A stretch of 64,000 bases of DNA from Mytilus edulis (taxonomy: Eukaryota), in contig NC_092344.1 in assembly GCF_963676685.1 (NCBI RefSeq), positions 3,224,001 through 3,288,000 of the forward strand. Reading direction: 5' to 3'. This document shows positions 11,610 to 24,700 of this stretch, one piece after another (within the stretch, counting starts at the first letter, position 1; each line of letters begins with the position of its first letter). The notes beneath the pieces are model-generated. The model was not told where the DNA came from, made no database searches, and was given only the letters and a program-made list of their open reading frames with translations. The translations under genes were made by a program, and so were the position numbers.

Positions 11610-13520
11610 CGCATACACTACCATCATATTAACAACGATGTGTGAACAAAGCAAACAGACATAAGAGGTTTCAATGGTTACCTTCGTATACGTTTTATCT
11701 CTGCCCAAGCCCAGGAGTCTGCATTCTGGAGTTTCGTTAATTTTAGTTTTATCTGTCCCAAATAACGAGCCTTTATATTGCTGTGGTTACGTCCGTATTA
11801 GTTATACCTTAGTTTGAAACCAGGAGCCTGTATTTCAGTCGTATTCATAAATAGTTGTATACATTCATTACATTTTAAATGATAAATGCTTCAATCAAGT
11901 TGTTAGTTTCATCTTTTGAAGGTGTTTAATCATTCGGCTAGCGTGACTTTTATAGCTGGCCTTATGGTATAAGGTTTGCTCATCATTGTACAACGTGTTT
12001 TGCTCTGTTTTACACTTTCCAGTTCAGAGTGCAGTATCGTTCGATCTGAATAGCAATCAGATAACGTCTCTATATCTCTGTTAGTCATGTATTTTACACA
12101 AATTCATTTGATTATAATTATGAACACTGCTTTGATTTAAGGACAATATAACGTTGCAGTATATATAGCGCATACTCGTAATATTATTATGAAGAGGCGA
12201 TAGAGAACAAAGAGATATTCATTAGAAAACGAACTGAAAATGCGACCGTTACAAAAATACGAAAGATGACAAATAATAGTTTAGAAAAAGTAAAATAACA
12301 AAAATACAGAGAACAGGAAAATTTTTAACGAAACGTCTCTTATAAAACGGCAAAATTAAAACTTCAATACATCAAACGATAATTCCAGAATTGAAGTAGG
12401 CATTTTCTTATGAAAAAGGTGGATGAAATCTGGTTTTATAGCTAGCTAAGCCTCTCATTTTTGTCACATTCGTATAAAATTCCATGATATTGACAACATT
12501 GTTTGAGCAAAACAAATTAACGTAATAGGTAAACATTTCAAATATTGGTTGGGGTTCAGCAGTCAACATTGTTACACTTTAATCGTTTGCTAGTTTCAAA
12601 TACAAGTTGTAAAGACAAATTGTACGGTATGTTTGGTGAACTTTGGTGTATCATTTTGTACTTTTTGAATATTTATTTAAAACCACAAAAAAAATACGAT
12701 GACTGTTCTGCTAAACAGCCACAAAAAAGTTAAGTTACCTTAAAAAAAAATTCTTTGCCATAAAGATACAAAAACAAAGTCTACCTTTCAATCGTTGCAA
12801 AGTTAGATACGTCGATTATACAATTCCATGGACCATCAAGACTTTAGAAAGTATATTTTAAAGATTAACCTTTCCAAAATGTCAGTTGAAAGTATTCTAT
12901 TCAATTCTAATTTCAATGCATTTGAGCGATCGAGCTTTAAAAGACATAAATTCCCTAACATACGCAAATACTTAGTATATATTAGTAGTAGTTCATTGAA
13001 AACTTTGTTAACTAACCTTATCAAAATGCATGTATAAATCAAACCTAATTCCGGTCTGACATGTCTTTTTGATTGCTATAACACAGGAATTTCAAACGTT
13101 AAGTTTATGCGTGTATATTGATGAATTTCTTATAATGCTTGAACATTTACATTTTTCTGATTTACACAATGGAACAAGGAATCTTTTCAAAAACAAACTT
13201 CTGTCAGCTTTACAATTTTTTTGTTGGAACTATTCCATTTTCGCATTAATCATCTCACCATTAGTTTTATGACGCGTTTCTTTACATTGAAGTATAAATT
13301 TAAAAATGAGATGATTATTTAACGTTACCAGTTTCAAATAAAGAAGAAAGAATAGCACAATGAGCTTTTTGTATTGTCATTTGATTAGGGACTTTCCTTT
13401 TTGAATTTTCCTCGGAATTTTGTATTTTCGTGATTTTACTTTTCTATATAAACTGTTCAAAGAAACCCGGCTTATGATTTGGGTATGACAGACGTGCGTT
13501 TCGCCAAGTACAACTTTCTT

Positions 13521-14474
13521 ACTTATGCCGTCGTTACACATTGGCGTATAGACCGACGTGCACCAGACGTACAGAGAAACTAGACTAAGTCCGTACGTTA
13601 TGTGCACGCAATAGGAACGATTAGACGTCAGACGCGCGTTGCACAAGTTGAAAGTACGTCAAAGTTGAAAGGTATTCGCTTGGTGAACGTTTTAACTTCA
13701 GAAAATTTTATGCAGCATAAAAATGTAAATCTAGCTCTAGCGTTTTTCAAAAGTATTCATGTTTGCCACACGCACGTAATACATAAATTACAAGTTTAAG
13801 ATCCGTTTAGGGCACGTTTTTATACGCCTCGAGATCGTTCGATTTTTGGACTTATGTGGAGCGTGTTTCTTACATACGCCTGGCGTGTTTTCAGCGCTCT
13901 GTGAACGTATTATACAAACTCACCTGTGGCGTTTACAAAATGCATTTTGACATTCAACAAATCTTGCTCTGACATTTATATAGTGGGATATGTCCGTGAA
14001 TTTACAAAACCATGTTTATCCAGAAGTAGAACACACAATTAAATTGAAAATTGAAATGGGGTTTATATCTAAGAGACAACAAGCCGATCAGAGAGCAGAT
14101 AACATCCGAAAGCAACCTATATAGGGTCCTTACTGCAGAAGGAAAATCCTGCACCCGGAGGTTGGATTCAGTTGGCCCCTTAATAAAGATGTGTACTAGT
14201 TCATTTAAATACCTCATACTTATGAAAAGAAGATGTGGTATGTTTGCCAACTCTCCACAAGAGACCAAATGACACAGAAATTATCAAATATAGAATATAT
14301 ATATCCATGATATATTTAGGTCACAGTATGACCTTCAACAATGAGCAAAGCACATACTGTGTAGTCAGACAAGTTAGATGCGTCAACAATCACAAGCGTA
14401 TTGGCAGCGTACATGATTTTTAACTTCGCCTGGCGTATGTCGGTGCTATACGCTGATATTTGACGCCGTTATAA
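13521..14474. mobile_element. Old TIR element with nested retroelement 3'-end fragments
   Basis: Degenerate ~50-bp inverted ends sharing GCGTATAG(C)ACCGAC; CpG-rich interior; no clear TSD. Confidence 0.5.
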
Positions 14475-14517
14475 GAATTTGATAAAAGGTACGTACGCTT
14501 GATTAATCATATATAAG

Positions 14518-15212
14518 AAGTTATCAAGGTACCAGGCTTATAGTTTGATACGCCAGACGCGTGTTTTGTCTACATAAGACTCATCAGTGACGATCAGATA
14601 AAAATAGTTAGAAATACAAAGAAGTATAAATTGGTGGAGAGTTGAACGGAGAGTTGTCTTTTTGGCACTCATACTTCTGATGTACAGTAGTTGTCGTTTG
14701 TTTATGTAATTTATATGTGTTTCTCGTTTTTCGTATTTTTATGTAGATTAGAACGTTGGTTTTCCCGTTTGAATGATTTTACACTAGTAATTTTGGGGCT
14801 CTTTATAGCTTGTTTTTGGGTGTAAGCCAAGGCTCCGTGTTGAAAGCCACACATTGACCTATAATGGTTTACTTTTTTTAAATAGTTATTTGGGTGGAGA
14901 GTTGTCTCATTGGCACTCACACCACATCTTCTTATATCTATATAAAGCTGAAAAGCATTGAGGACCCAAAATTTCAAAAATTTATCCATAGGTAATCAAT
15001 GCCTGGGATAAGAAAATCTTAATTTTGAATAATTCATACTTTTGCAAACAGTTAATTAGTAAAAATTACCATTTAATTGATATTCATGTCAACATCAAAG
15101 TGCTGACTACTTGGCTAGTGATACTCACTTGGACGAAACGTCCACCAGCAGTGGCATCGACACAGTGGTGTAAATAGTTATCAAAGATACCATGCTTATA
15201 TTTTGATACACA
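14518..15212 (-). mobile_element. Retrozyme-like monomer interrupted by a different 3'-end repeat (~14630-14943)
   Basis: Homologous to the 29556-30155 unit; AGTTATCAA..ACCA..CTTATA.TTTGATAC repeated at both ends. Confidence 0.6.
14550..14592 (-). ncRNA. Hammerhead ribozyme of the same family, GAAA mutated to AAAA
   Basis: Reverse complement CGTCA CTGATGA GTCT TATGT AGAC AAAA CACGCG TC TGGCGT. Confidence 0.65.
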
Positions 15213-15793
15213 AACCCCGTTTGAGGAATCCTTCATGATTTAATTATTCTTAAAATGTTACGTATTTAGGCAATCCTAATTAAAGCTCATATAGAACTGA
15301 TATAACGCTGCGCCTCAATATTTGCCGATAAAGGACCATAACACTATTTTGGAATGTTACTACATAAAATTAGAAAGTTATACTAGTAAAAGATATAATT
15401 ATCTAAGTGCCTACGTTGTCCTTATATAAAGATGTATGTACTTGAATTAGTTATTAGAAATTTACTTCGTCATATTTTACTACAATCCCCTTCCCTTTTC
15501 ATAAATGTGACCTACCAAATTAGACTATTTACCGGGTTTGTAATAACATGAACAACACGACGGGTGCCACATGTTGAGCAGGGTCGTCTTTGTTGTGTCA
15601 TGTGTACTTTAACTTTTTGATTGTCTTTTTCATTGTTAGCCATGGCGTTGTCAGTTTGTTTTCGATCTATGAGTTGAACTTTCCCTCTGGTATCTTTCGC
15701 CCTTCTTTTTTATAGTTAATTTCAGCTAAGGTATGGCTCAGACAGTAAGATGGTAATTTCATACAATAAGTGATTTTGATGCCTTCGGTTGAT

Positions 15794-16566
15794 TTAATTT
15801 AAATCTTCAGATGAAAGTGATTTCATATGAATACTCATGACAGGTACAGATTTAGGCACAGTACCGATAGGCTGTGATGAAAACTCTTGTCCACGAATTT
15901 TGAATATTTTAAGACATCCTTTTTTGAAATTTCCATTTGTAAAATAATATATCAACCAGTTAATTGATGGATGCAAATGAGCAAAAACTGTGATGGAAAG
16001 ATGCACTTCGTGGGAAAACGTATCTTCAGCATCCGCAACAAGTAACATTGCAAACGGTATCCAACAGATCGAAAATACTGCATACACGATAAATATTGTT
16101 TTTGCTAGTCTAAGTGATTTATTGTCAACGTGTACTGCGGTTTCTGTACTTGTGACCTGTTTTCGTTTACGTCGGACATATAAAAATAGTTTTAAGTAAG
16201 ACATTCCTACAACTATTAATGGAATCCACACAAGACAAACTGAAAATACAACGGTGTAACTGTATGTTGCCATTCTGTCCCAAATACATTCCAAACTTTT
16301 GTCATCAAAACCATGTCCACCAATTCCAGCTGAATTAAGCAGAACCATGATCATGCCAACGAGATACAGTGATATGCACATTATGATACATGTTCGTAGA
16401 GTATATATTTTCTCGTAATGTGAGTTGTGACAGATTAATATGTATCGGTTGAAACTGAGCAATGTGATGGACCCTAGGGACACAATACATGAAACTGTAC
16501 ACACTTTTCCGATTATATCGCACAGTAATGGATACTGCATGAAGAATGGCCGGCCTTCAACTTTAC
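15794..16566 (-). CDS. Melatonin-receptor-like GPCR, paralog B, exon 2 (TM3-TM7, C-tail); spliced protein 347 aa
   Basis: Poly-T tract + AG acceptor (TTTTTTTAG|GTAAAGTT) joins exon 1 in frame (271+773=1044 nt). NRY motif (FNRYILICH, like melatonin receptor NRYCYICH), CWIP in TM6, SINWLIY in TM7. Confidence 0.88.
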
Positions 16567-19289
16567 CTAAAAAAATTAAAAAAAAAATCTGCATTCTATC
16601 ATTTATTAATAATGAACTCAAAAACAATACAATGAAAAAAGAAATATGAAATATGAAATTTTCATTACTGAATATAGTGATATTATATTGTATTGTCTTG
16701 CATTGATTATTGCTCATTGGTCAGACAAAGTTTTGTATTTTGAGGTTTTTAGTTTTTTTTCTATTTTTTATGTGAAATATGTTGGTCAATCTCAATGAAT
16801 TTCATGTTGTTACACACAAAACGTGTGACTGTGTTACTATTGATATTAAACTCTTTCTACCAATTAAAGCATACATTTCAAAACATTGTTATATTTAGGT
16901 AACAATGTAGCCGATATGAAACGAGCAAAGATTTTGTCAAAGAATGTCTAATTCTTTTTCTCAAAATTTTCATCGATAAGTATCAGGAGCAAATATTCAC
17001 CAATAATACCACATGGTCTTGAGTTAAACATTTTAGGTTTTTTTATTTTGATTTGACAGTATTGACTTTATTTGTCTTCGTGATATCATGAAGCTTTTAA
17101 GCGACTTTTGACTTGACGTGTCGAGTTTGTGCATTACTGGTCCAGGTGGGTTCTGATGTGCGATTCGAACACTATGCGTTTTTACAGGGTTGTCTCCATT
17201 TTGTTTACATTTGTATTGTATATCACTTGATTTGTACTATATAGGTAATGTTCTTTCTACTATAAAACTTTTTTTATCGGCCTTTATGTCAAATTATAGA
17301 CAAATCCAACATTTTTTCTGAAAGCGACTTTGTTAAATTTTTTATTCAGTTGTGTTGTGTATCTGTGGTGTATGTTTACACATATTGCGCTGGTGGGTCC
17401 AAACTATTGTCACATAAACCAATTATGTAAATATAACGGAGCTGCAAACAACTTTTATACAACTGTGAGGTTAAGCGAGCAATGAAACAAGGTTAAGGTA
17501 GCAATACAGTTAGGAGTGTGGGTTCTCAATTGAGCCCATGAAATTTGAAAGTTTAATAATGCAATAAAAAAAGAACTTTTTTAGACAGCTGCGTATGAAT
17601 TTAGCCTTCAAAGATAGTTTATAAGAACATCAAGGTTATTTTTCACATATTAAATGGGCTATTTTCTTTTTGACGTATCCAATTATAAGCCTGGGTATGT
17701 AACTGCGTGTCTGTCAGATATCTAAATGCCTGATAAAATTAATGATCGTCATATCAGAAATAAAATGATGACCTCATTTTTTGGCATTTAATTTTGATAT
17801 AAGCAGAATTTTGATATAAGCAGATATTAATGATTTTTACAATTCCTATACATGCTGCTCTAATGTCGATATAAACCGCTTGAATTATATGAAAAATGAG
17901 AAAATGTAAGTTTGAAGCTTTAAAAAGTTACCAACTGACATTGCAGCCGATTATTATTTTATCTCCTTCATATATAAAGTATATAATTCTTTGGTTCTAT
18001 TTATCATAAATGAAGTAATTTTTATCTTGCCATGTTTTCAATCATGGGCAAATCGGTAATAAAGTATCTTTGAATACAGATTTTTAAGAATCTCATTCCT
18101 CAAGTATTAATATAAATATAAGCAGTCAACTAATAATGAATCGAAAACAGCCTTAAGGTAGTATATTTATATATAATAGCTGTGCTTTCTGTTGGTTGGT
18201 TATTCTTAACACTTAAAAGTTATTTAGAATACATTTCAACATGCTGCTTTTTCTTTCTGGTAGCGTCTTCCTTCTGCATACAAAATAAAACAAATAGTTG
18301 GTAAATGTTCTTTCTGACGGTAATTTACGATAGCCGGACAGCGCGTTTTAACAGTCATTTAGGCGCTAAAAATTAAAAAAAAAGTGTATGCGTTAGACCT
18401 TTTTATGCAATCTTGTAAGATTAAGTTTAATCAGCGAAAAGTTCCTGTTACCTGTCAAAATGTAAAAGTATATGATTTGTAATTCATTGATATATTCTCA
18501 AAAATTGGTGCAGAGACATTGGCAACCATGTCTCCTGTTGATAAACAGTATTATAATGGGCTACCAAAACTGCATGACAATTTACATACGAACACGACAA
18601 TAATTTATGTCATAAGAAAGCCAAGATTATTAAACTTGTATAAAACTTGACAATGATCTTTTGGATCAGACTTTATACTTTCATTTATTATTTTGTGATT
18701 CAGGTTAAATAAACCAGAACATATATTTTACCAATTCATATTAAGCGATGCCATTATAAGTTGATTGTTTTGATTTCCTGTGTAATGACTAATTCATGAC
18801 CAAAGAGAATGTGGTATATAACGTTGGTTTTGTGTTTCGTTCTTTACTACAGCAGTTAATTATTATTGATGATGAACCGATGAATGCAATTACAGATAGT
18901 GAATGTTAATTAAGATTCTATGTAGAATATAGTAGTAACTGTGGAAAATTTGAGGCAGAAAATGTTGTACCGCTTACTTTAAAAAAAAAACCACGTAAAC
19001 ACTCAAAGTACAACCCTGGTATATGTATGATGTCTTAAATGGATAACAGTTTGATTATATAATCATCCTTTCTATAAATTATAGTTCATCATTAGGATAT
19101 TTTAACCCATTAGGACACAGTTACAGAGGAAAATTGTATAAACTGCTGATATAATGTAATCTCTGACTTCAATTATTGTGACATACATCATGAATTTGAA
19201 ATGACAAATGTTTGATATTCATAAAATGCATAAGGAGTCAAAATTTTGAGGCTTTTTTTTTTAACCTGTATTACCTAATTTTATATTAA

Positions 19290-19444
19290 GGGCAAGTTAC
19301 AGTGAATGGGCTATGTCACAAATTTCATTAAAGTTTTGCATACAATGTTGGCTCGATGAACTACAATTTGTATTGTAACGAGCCCAGGCAGTATTCGAAA
19401 TTGTAGCAAAATAGGCGACATAGCCCATTTAGTGTTCCTTGAAC
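19290..19444. mobile_element. Short foldback MITE with TTAA flanks
   Basis: AATGGGCTATGTC / GACATAGCCCATT inverted arms; TTAA at both ends. Confidence 0.55.
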
Positions 19445-21424
19445 TTAAGCAAATTAAAGTTGAAATAAAAATTTGAACTCGTACAAGTCATTCGCAGAGT
19501 ATAATATGATTAGGAACTTTATACCAAGGTTGATAAACGTCCGAAGCTGTAAATGATTTCAATGCATAATTTGAGCTGTTTTGTGTTGCAAAACAAAACC
19601 CTGATTAAAATGACAAAGTATCTAAACGTTGAAATTCAGAAATTCGTCCACAACATGAAGATCCCTTATTTAACCGGGATTGTCTGTAAACAGATTATCT
19701 TTACTAAAGATAGGAATATATAGTAACTACATGCGTAAATCTTGGAGAAAGACGTCTTTAAGCTATACATCATACTGATCTAATTCCATCAAACGAAATA
19801 TTGATTCATAAAGTTAACGACTTTTAGACAAATAAAGTGCTCTTAACTGGATCATAACATGTGAGATTTAAGAAATGAATCACTCTTACAATCAGTCTTA
19901 GTATAAACATTAAAACAAGGAGTAGCACCAACTTCCTGGATGACAAAGTTCAGTTATAATGATTTATTCCTTACATGAATAGCAAAGGTTTATACTTGTA
20001 AAGGAGCGACAAAAGACACCAAAGTGATGATCGAACTCATATATTGAAAACTTACTGAAAATGATTGAAATGTTGTAACGTTCAAAACATCGTTGCTTAA
20101 AATAAAGAATAATGTTCGCTCAAAGACATTTTCAATATCAAAAAGATTTTATGAATGTTTAAACGGGTTTTTAAAAAATAATCTTAGAAATAAAAATTGT
20201 ATTTTGTGATAATGTTGTCGTTTATGTGCCGTCGTTGTTACTTAGCCAAATTTGTTTCAATATTTCATTGTATATTACTTTGACACAGTTTCATAACAAG
20301 ATGTTCTCGTTTTTAAAGAGGGTCAAATCATACTAAGCATAAATAACTTTATGTACCAAGGCAGTTGTTTTCAAATAGTCCGTTTCTATTTATACTGGCG
20401 TTTGTTTTTGTTCCACTTCAGTGTTCCTGTTGTACTCTTGTTTTCCTCTTATAGTTGATGTGTTTCCCTCGGTTTTAGTTTGTTTCTCTAAATCGATTTA
20501 TAACTTAAAAACACAGGTAAACTACGGTTGCCCATATTTGATTTAAAACAAATATATTGCCTGAAACTGACATAATAACAAATGCTTCATATCTTTATAA
20601 AGAAACTTTTCTTCAGTTAAAAAAAGTTCTGTTTTAATATAGGCAATCATATGAATACCAACTAAATCTTGCCAACATGTTCATTTGTTTATATGAGTCA
20701 TGACAAAATATCCTTCAACAAAAATACGGTAACATCACGTTATAAATTTCATGTGTCCGATTTACTTTTCTGGATTTACCGTCAGCGTGTATGCTCAAGG
20801 CCTAATATTGGAAAGCCATTGATGTATAAGAACCGAACAGTTGAAGAGCTATATAATTTTATATAACCAAAGGATTAAATGAGAAAAGTTGAAGGTAATC
20901 TTCAAAAAGTTTACGAACGCCTTAATTCTTTGGTGGTCATATTTGTTATAAATACGTTCATATTCCATTTGAAGTAGCCATTGTGCCTTTCCTGTGAAGC
21001 CAATGAATGGTATTTGTCACTGAGCTTTAAATGTGTAAGTTATATTGAGTCTGTCCAAGTAATGAAGTATTATTCACAGAAAGATGATTTATTATAGTCT
21101 ATGGCAATTTGCCTCGCAACGTTCTCAAATCTAAGAGATATTTAGAGTTTGACACAGGAGAATTTTTAATGACCTTGTATTGACGTTTGTTTTTTATTAA
21201 TGTTTTATAAGTGTTCCTTCCACATCTCCAATTAAAAAGTAAAGTGGTTTCTTGGAGCCTTTCATTGCCAATCAAGGATCACATCTTCAGAAAATTTTAT
21301 TATACTTTTACTTTAAACGAAAACGTTATTTAAAAAGGCTTATACGTTCTCATATATGTTGATAAGTTAATGATATGTGTTTAAATTGTCTGTTTGTTTT
21401 GTCATTATAATCGAATTTGATACG

Positions 21425-21525
21425 ACTGTCATACAAGTCAGATGTTTAGCTAGCTATAAAACAAGGTTCAATCCACCATTTTTCCACATAAGAACATGCC
21501 TGTACCAAGTCAGGAATATGATAGT
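21425..21525 (+). ncRNA. Candidate twister ribozyme, family B (degenerate L1)
   Basis: ACTGTCATA/TATGATAGT P5; TAGCTAGCTA palindrome; CAA TCC ACC; CCTG-TACCAAGT-CAGG. Confidence 0.5.
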
Positions 21526-23099
21526 TGTTATCCATTCGTTTGATGTGTTAAGCTTTTGAAGTTGCCATTTGATTAGGGTCTTTCCGTTTTATATTTTCCT
21601 CGGAGTACAGTATTTTTGTGATTTTACTTTTTATTTAATATTATGAAAATTAAGCACGATCCGTTAGGGTTTTAGTATCATATCATAATAAATTATTTGA
21701 GAAGGACATAACCCGTCTTTATTCAATAACATGAGAGAGCAACCATTTAACATTAAGGGGGAGGGGTGTATGGTTTTTTATTTGAGTTAAAATTTTCTTT
21801 TCGCGCTGAGTGAACAATTTTATTTGGTTTTTCAACGCTATAAATCAAATCATTCTGTGCAAAATTTAACATAAATGGAATGTGGTTTGAGAGTACTCTC
21901 AAATCGTACTTTACCCTGTTGATACTATTTGTCATGCTTTTTTGTTATTTAATGTAAACTTGTATCTGGTCTCTATGCAAGCTTTGATTGTTTGTTATTA
22001 CGTTACATTTTCACTTCTTCGTACTATGAATATCACAATTATTTCCTTTTTCCTATTATACTGCATATATATAACACTTCCGGCACCTGTACAAAGAACT
22101 AGAAGTTTTATCGAGCACCGATTTTATATTTTTTATTGTTGATATTCACCCCACATGTACCAAGTTTTATAATAGTTGATGTGGTTCATAAGTTTCTCGT
22201 TTTTTATATAGATTATCAGACCGTTGGTTTTCCCGTTTAAATGGTTTTACACTAGTAATATTTGGGGCCCTTTATAACTTGCTGTTTGGTGTGAGCCAAG
22301 GCTCCGTGTTGAAAACCGTACCTTGACCTATAATTGTTTACTTTTATATATTGTGACTTGGATGGAGAGTTCTCTCATTGGCACTCATACAACATCTTCC
22401 TATATCTACATTTTTTAATCAGAAAACCTTTTGAGGAAACAAAATACCACCCCCCCCCCCCCCCCCCCCGCTTTTTTTTCTCATGAAGTTAAAAAATCGT
22501 TTACTAAGTAAATAGTAAAGTAAACATTTTTTTAAACATTACTTATTTCGAGTTACATAATAAGTAATTCAGGAAATAAAATCTATAAACTTCTTATATT
22601 GCATTCTGTTTTGTATAATATTAATCAAATATAATATCTATATCAGGTTCATTTATTCCAATTATCTATAGCAATGAACACATATCTTATATGACCATCT
22701 TTCTTTACTGCAGAAGTGCAATGCAGCTTTATTGATGATAGCCATGGAGTATGAAAATGATTGCAAATAATTGATAATTTTCCACTGTATTGATGTATTG
22801 CTTGGTAACTAAGTATTATCAGATAATTATGTGGTACATTTTCTTCTAGAAACACCAGTAGACGTACTTTGTAGATGTGATAGAATCAGAAAAACGTTTG
22901 ATTTTGTCTCCTTTTCTATACAATCACAAAAGAACAATTAAAAAAACAAGTTACTGATGTAAAATTTGATATCAAAATCAAATAACTGTAAACTCAAAGT
23001 CAATGAATCAACTTTTGAATGAGACTCTTTAGGCTTGCAGTAAATATCTTTGTATTGGTCCAGGCTTGATATTACTTCTTTACCAAAATCAGTAAATAT

Positions 23100-23182
23100 C
23101 TTTGTATTGGTCCTTATGTGAAACTTCTTTGTATTGGTCCTTATGTGAAACTTCTTTGTATTGGTCCTAATGTGAAACTTCT
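23100..23182. repeat. 27-bp tandem repeat, 3 copies
   Basis: CTTTGTATTGGTCCTTATGTGAAACTT. Confidence 0.85.
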
Positions 23183-23587
23183 AAGTGTCATTGTAGTTAA
23201 TGGAATACACATTAATTCCAGTCGAATAAATTGAAGTTGGAGATTATTTTGATGATATTATATTTAATTTTCTTATCGTTGTATCGCATCTTTTTACTTT
23301 CGTTTGAGTAATTATTATCTCCTCCAAATTAGAATAGAAAAGAAGAAGAAACGCAATTTAACAATTTATTTCTTTTTTCTAGAAGTATGAAATAGTATTC
23401 TTTATTCACAACACTATGGGTCCAAATAGATTATGGTTTTGTTTTGCTTATACAAAAACAGTGAAATTTTAAATTTGTTAAAAAAAATTAGAAATTATAA
23501 CAAAGTATAATTTAAGACGCAACTTCCAAACAAAAATTCTCACAGATTCAACCCATCGAACAAATCATGTTTCATGACCCTTCTCAA

Positions 23588-23675
23588 ATGAGAGGTTTAG
23601 CTAGCTATAAATCCAGGTTTAATCTACCATTTTCTACATAATAAAATGCCTGTATCAAGTCAGTAATATGACAGT
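23588..23675 (+). ncRNA. Candidate twister, family B, lacking the 5' P5 strand
   Basis: GAGGT, TAGCTAGCTA, TAA TCT ACC, P3 hairpin, CCTG-TATCAAGT-CAGT, TATGACAGT. Confidence 0.42.
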
Positions 23676-24429
23676 TGTTATTCATTCGATTGATGTGCTT
23701 GAGCTTTTGATTTTGCTATTTGATTATGTACTTTCCGTTTTAAGTTTCCCTCGGAGTTCAGTAAATATAATGATTTTACTTTCTTCTAGTAGACAAATTT
23801 GTAATTCAAAACATCAATCGTGTAGTCCTTCTTTTTATTAGTCAATGTAAACGACTAAGGGAAAGTATACAAGATAAATTTTATAATGATTTTGAAAATA
23901 ATTTCTTATGTTTTGAATTATGGCATGTGTGGAGTTTCTGGCATACTGGGAGTTTCTATAATAGTTTCAATGATTTACTGGGTTTTTTTTCATTCTCATA
24001 TCGTACGATATGGCAAAAGCATTGTGAGTTAAAAAAATGACATTTTTTTTGTATTAAACAAACAAGATTAAAACAATAAAACACAAAGAACTTTTTATCT
24101 GCAAATGTAGAGTGCGCATCTGATGCAAAAAAAATGGTACCATTAATGTTATCTCCAGAAGAGATAAAAACCTATACTACATAGCAAGCTATAAAGGCTC
24201 CGATGAATGTTAAATAGTTCAAACGCGAAAAGTAACTGTATAGTTTAGGAGTAAAACAATAAACGAAAAACAACTGATATACAGCAAACAAACCACAACT
24301 ACTTAATACGAGCGTCTGAATTTGAAATGTCAAGACATGTGAATTCATCCGGAAAACACTGTCATTCGAAGTTAAACACCATACATATATCTGGCAAGTG
24401 TTTATTATCAATATTAAAGAATTACTTAC

Positions 24430-24700
24430 CAACAATACTCATGGGATCCGCTATCATCGTAACATACAAATCTGATATTGCCAGGTTAACCATGAAAACA
24501 GATTGCACTTGTCTGAGTTCTTTTGTTTTCGACACAACTATCAAAATAAGGAAATTTCCAAAGGTTCCAACAAGTGATGCAATTACTAACAATAAAATAC
24601 TGATAATGGCAAATCCTGGAGAATCCTGAATAAATTCAAATCGTCTGAAATACAGCCAGTCGTTACTAGTACCATTCTTTGTACAATAGCTATCATTCAT
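24430..24700 (-). CDS. Melatonin-receptor-like class A GPCR, paralog B, exon 1
   Basis: ATG 24700, GN in TM1, NLAxxD in TM2, G|GTAAGT donor; 271 nt, phase 1. Confidence 0.88.

Noticed and set aside
16567-16717. N-terminal 50 aa of the 307-aa GPCR ORF
   Set aside because: Intronic read-through upstream of the splice acceptor; the real TM1-2 are in exon 24430-24700
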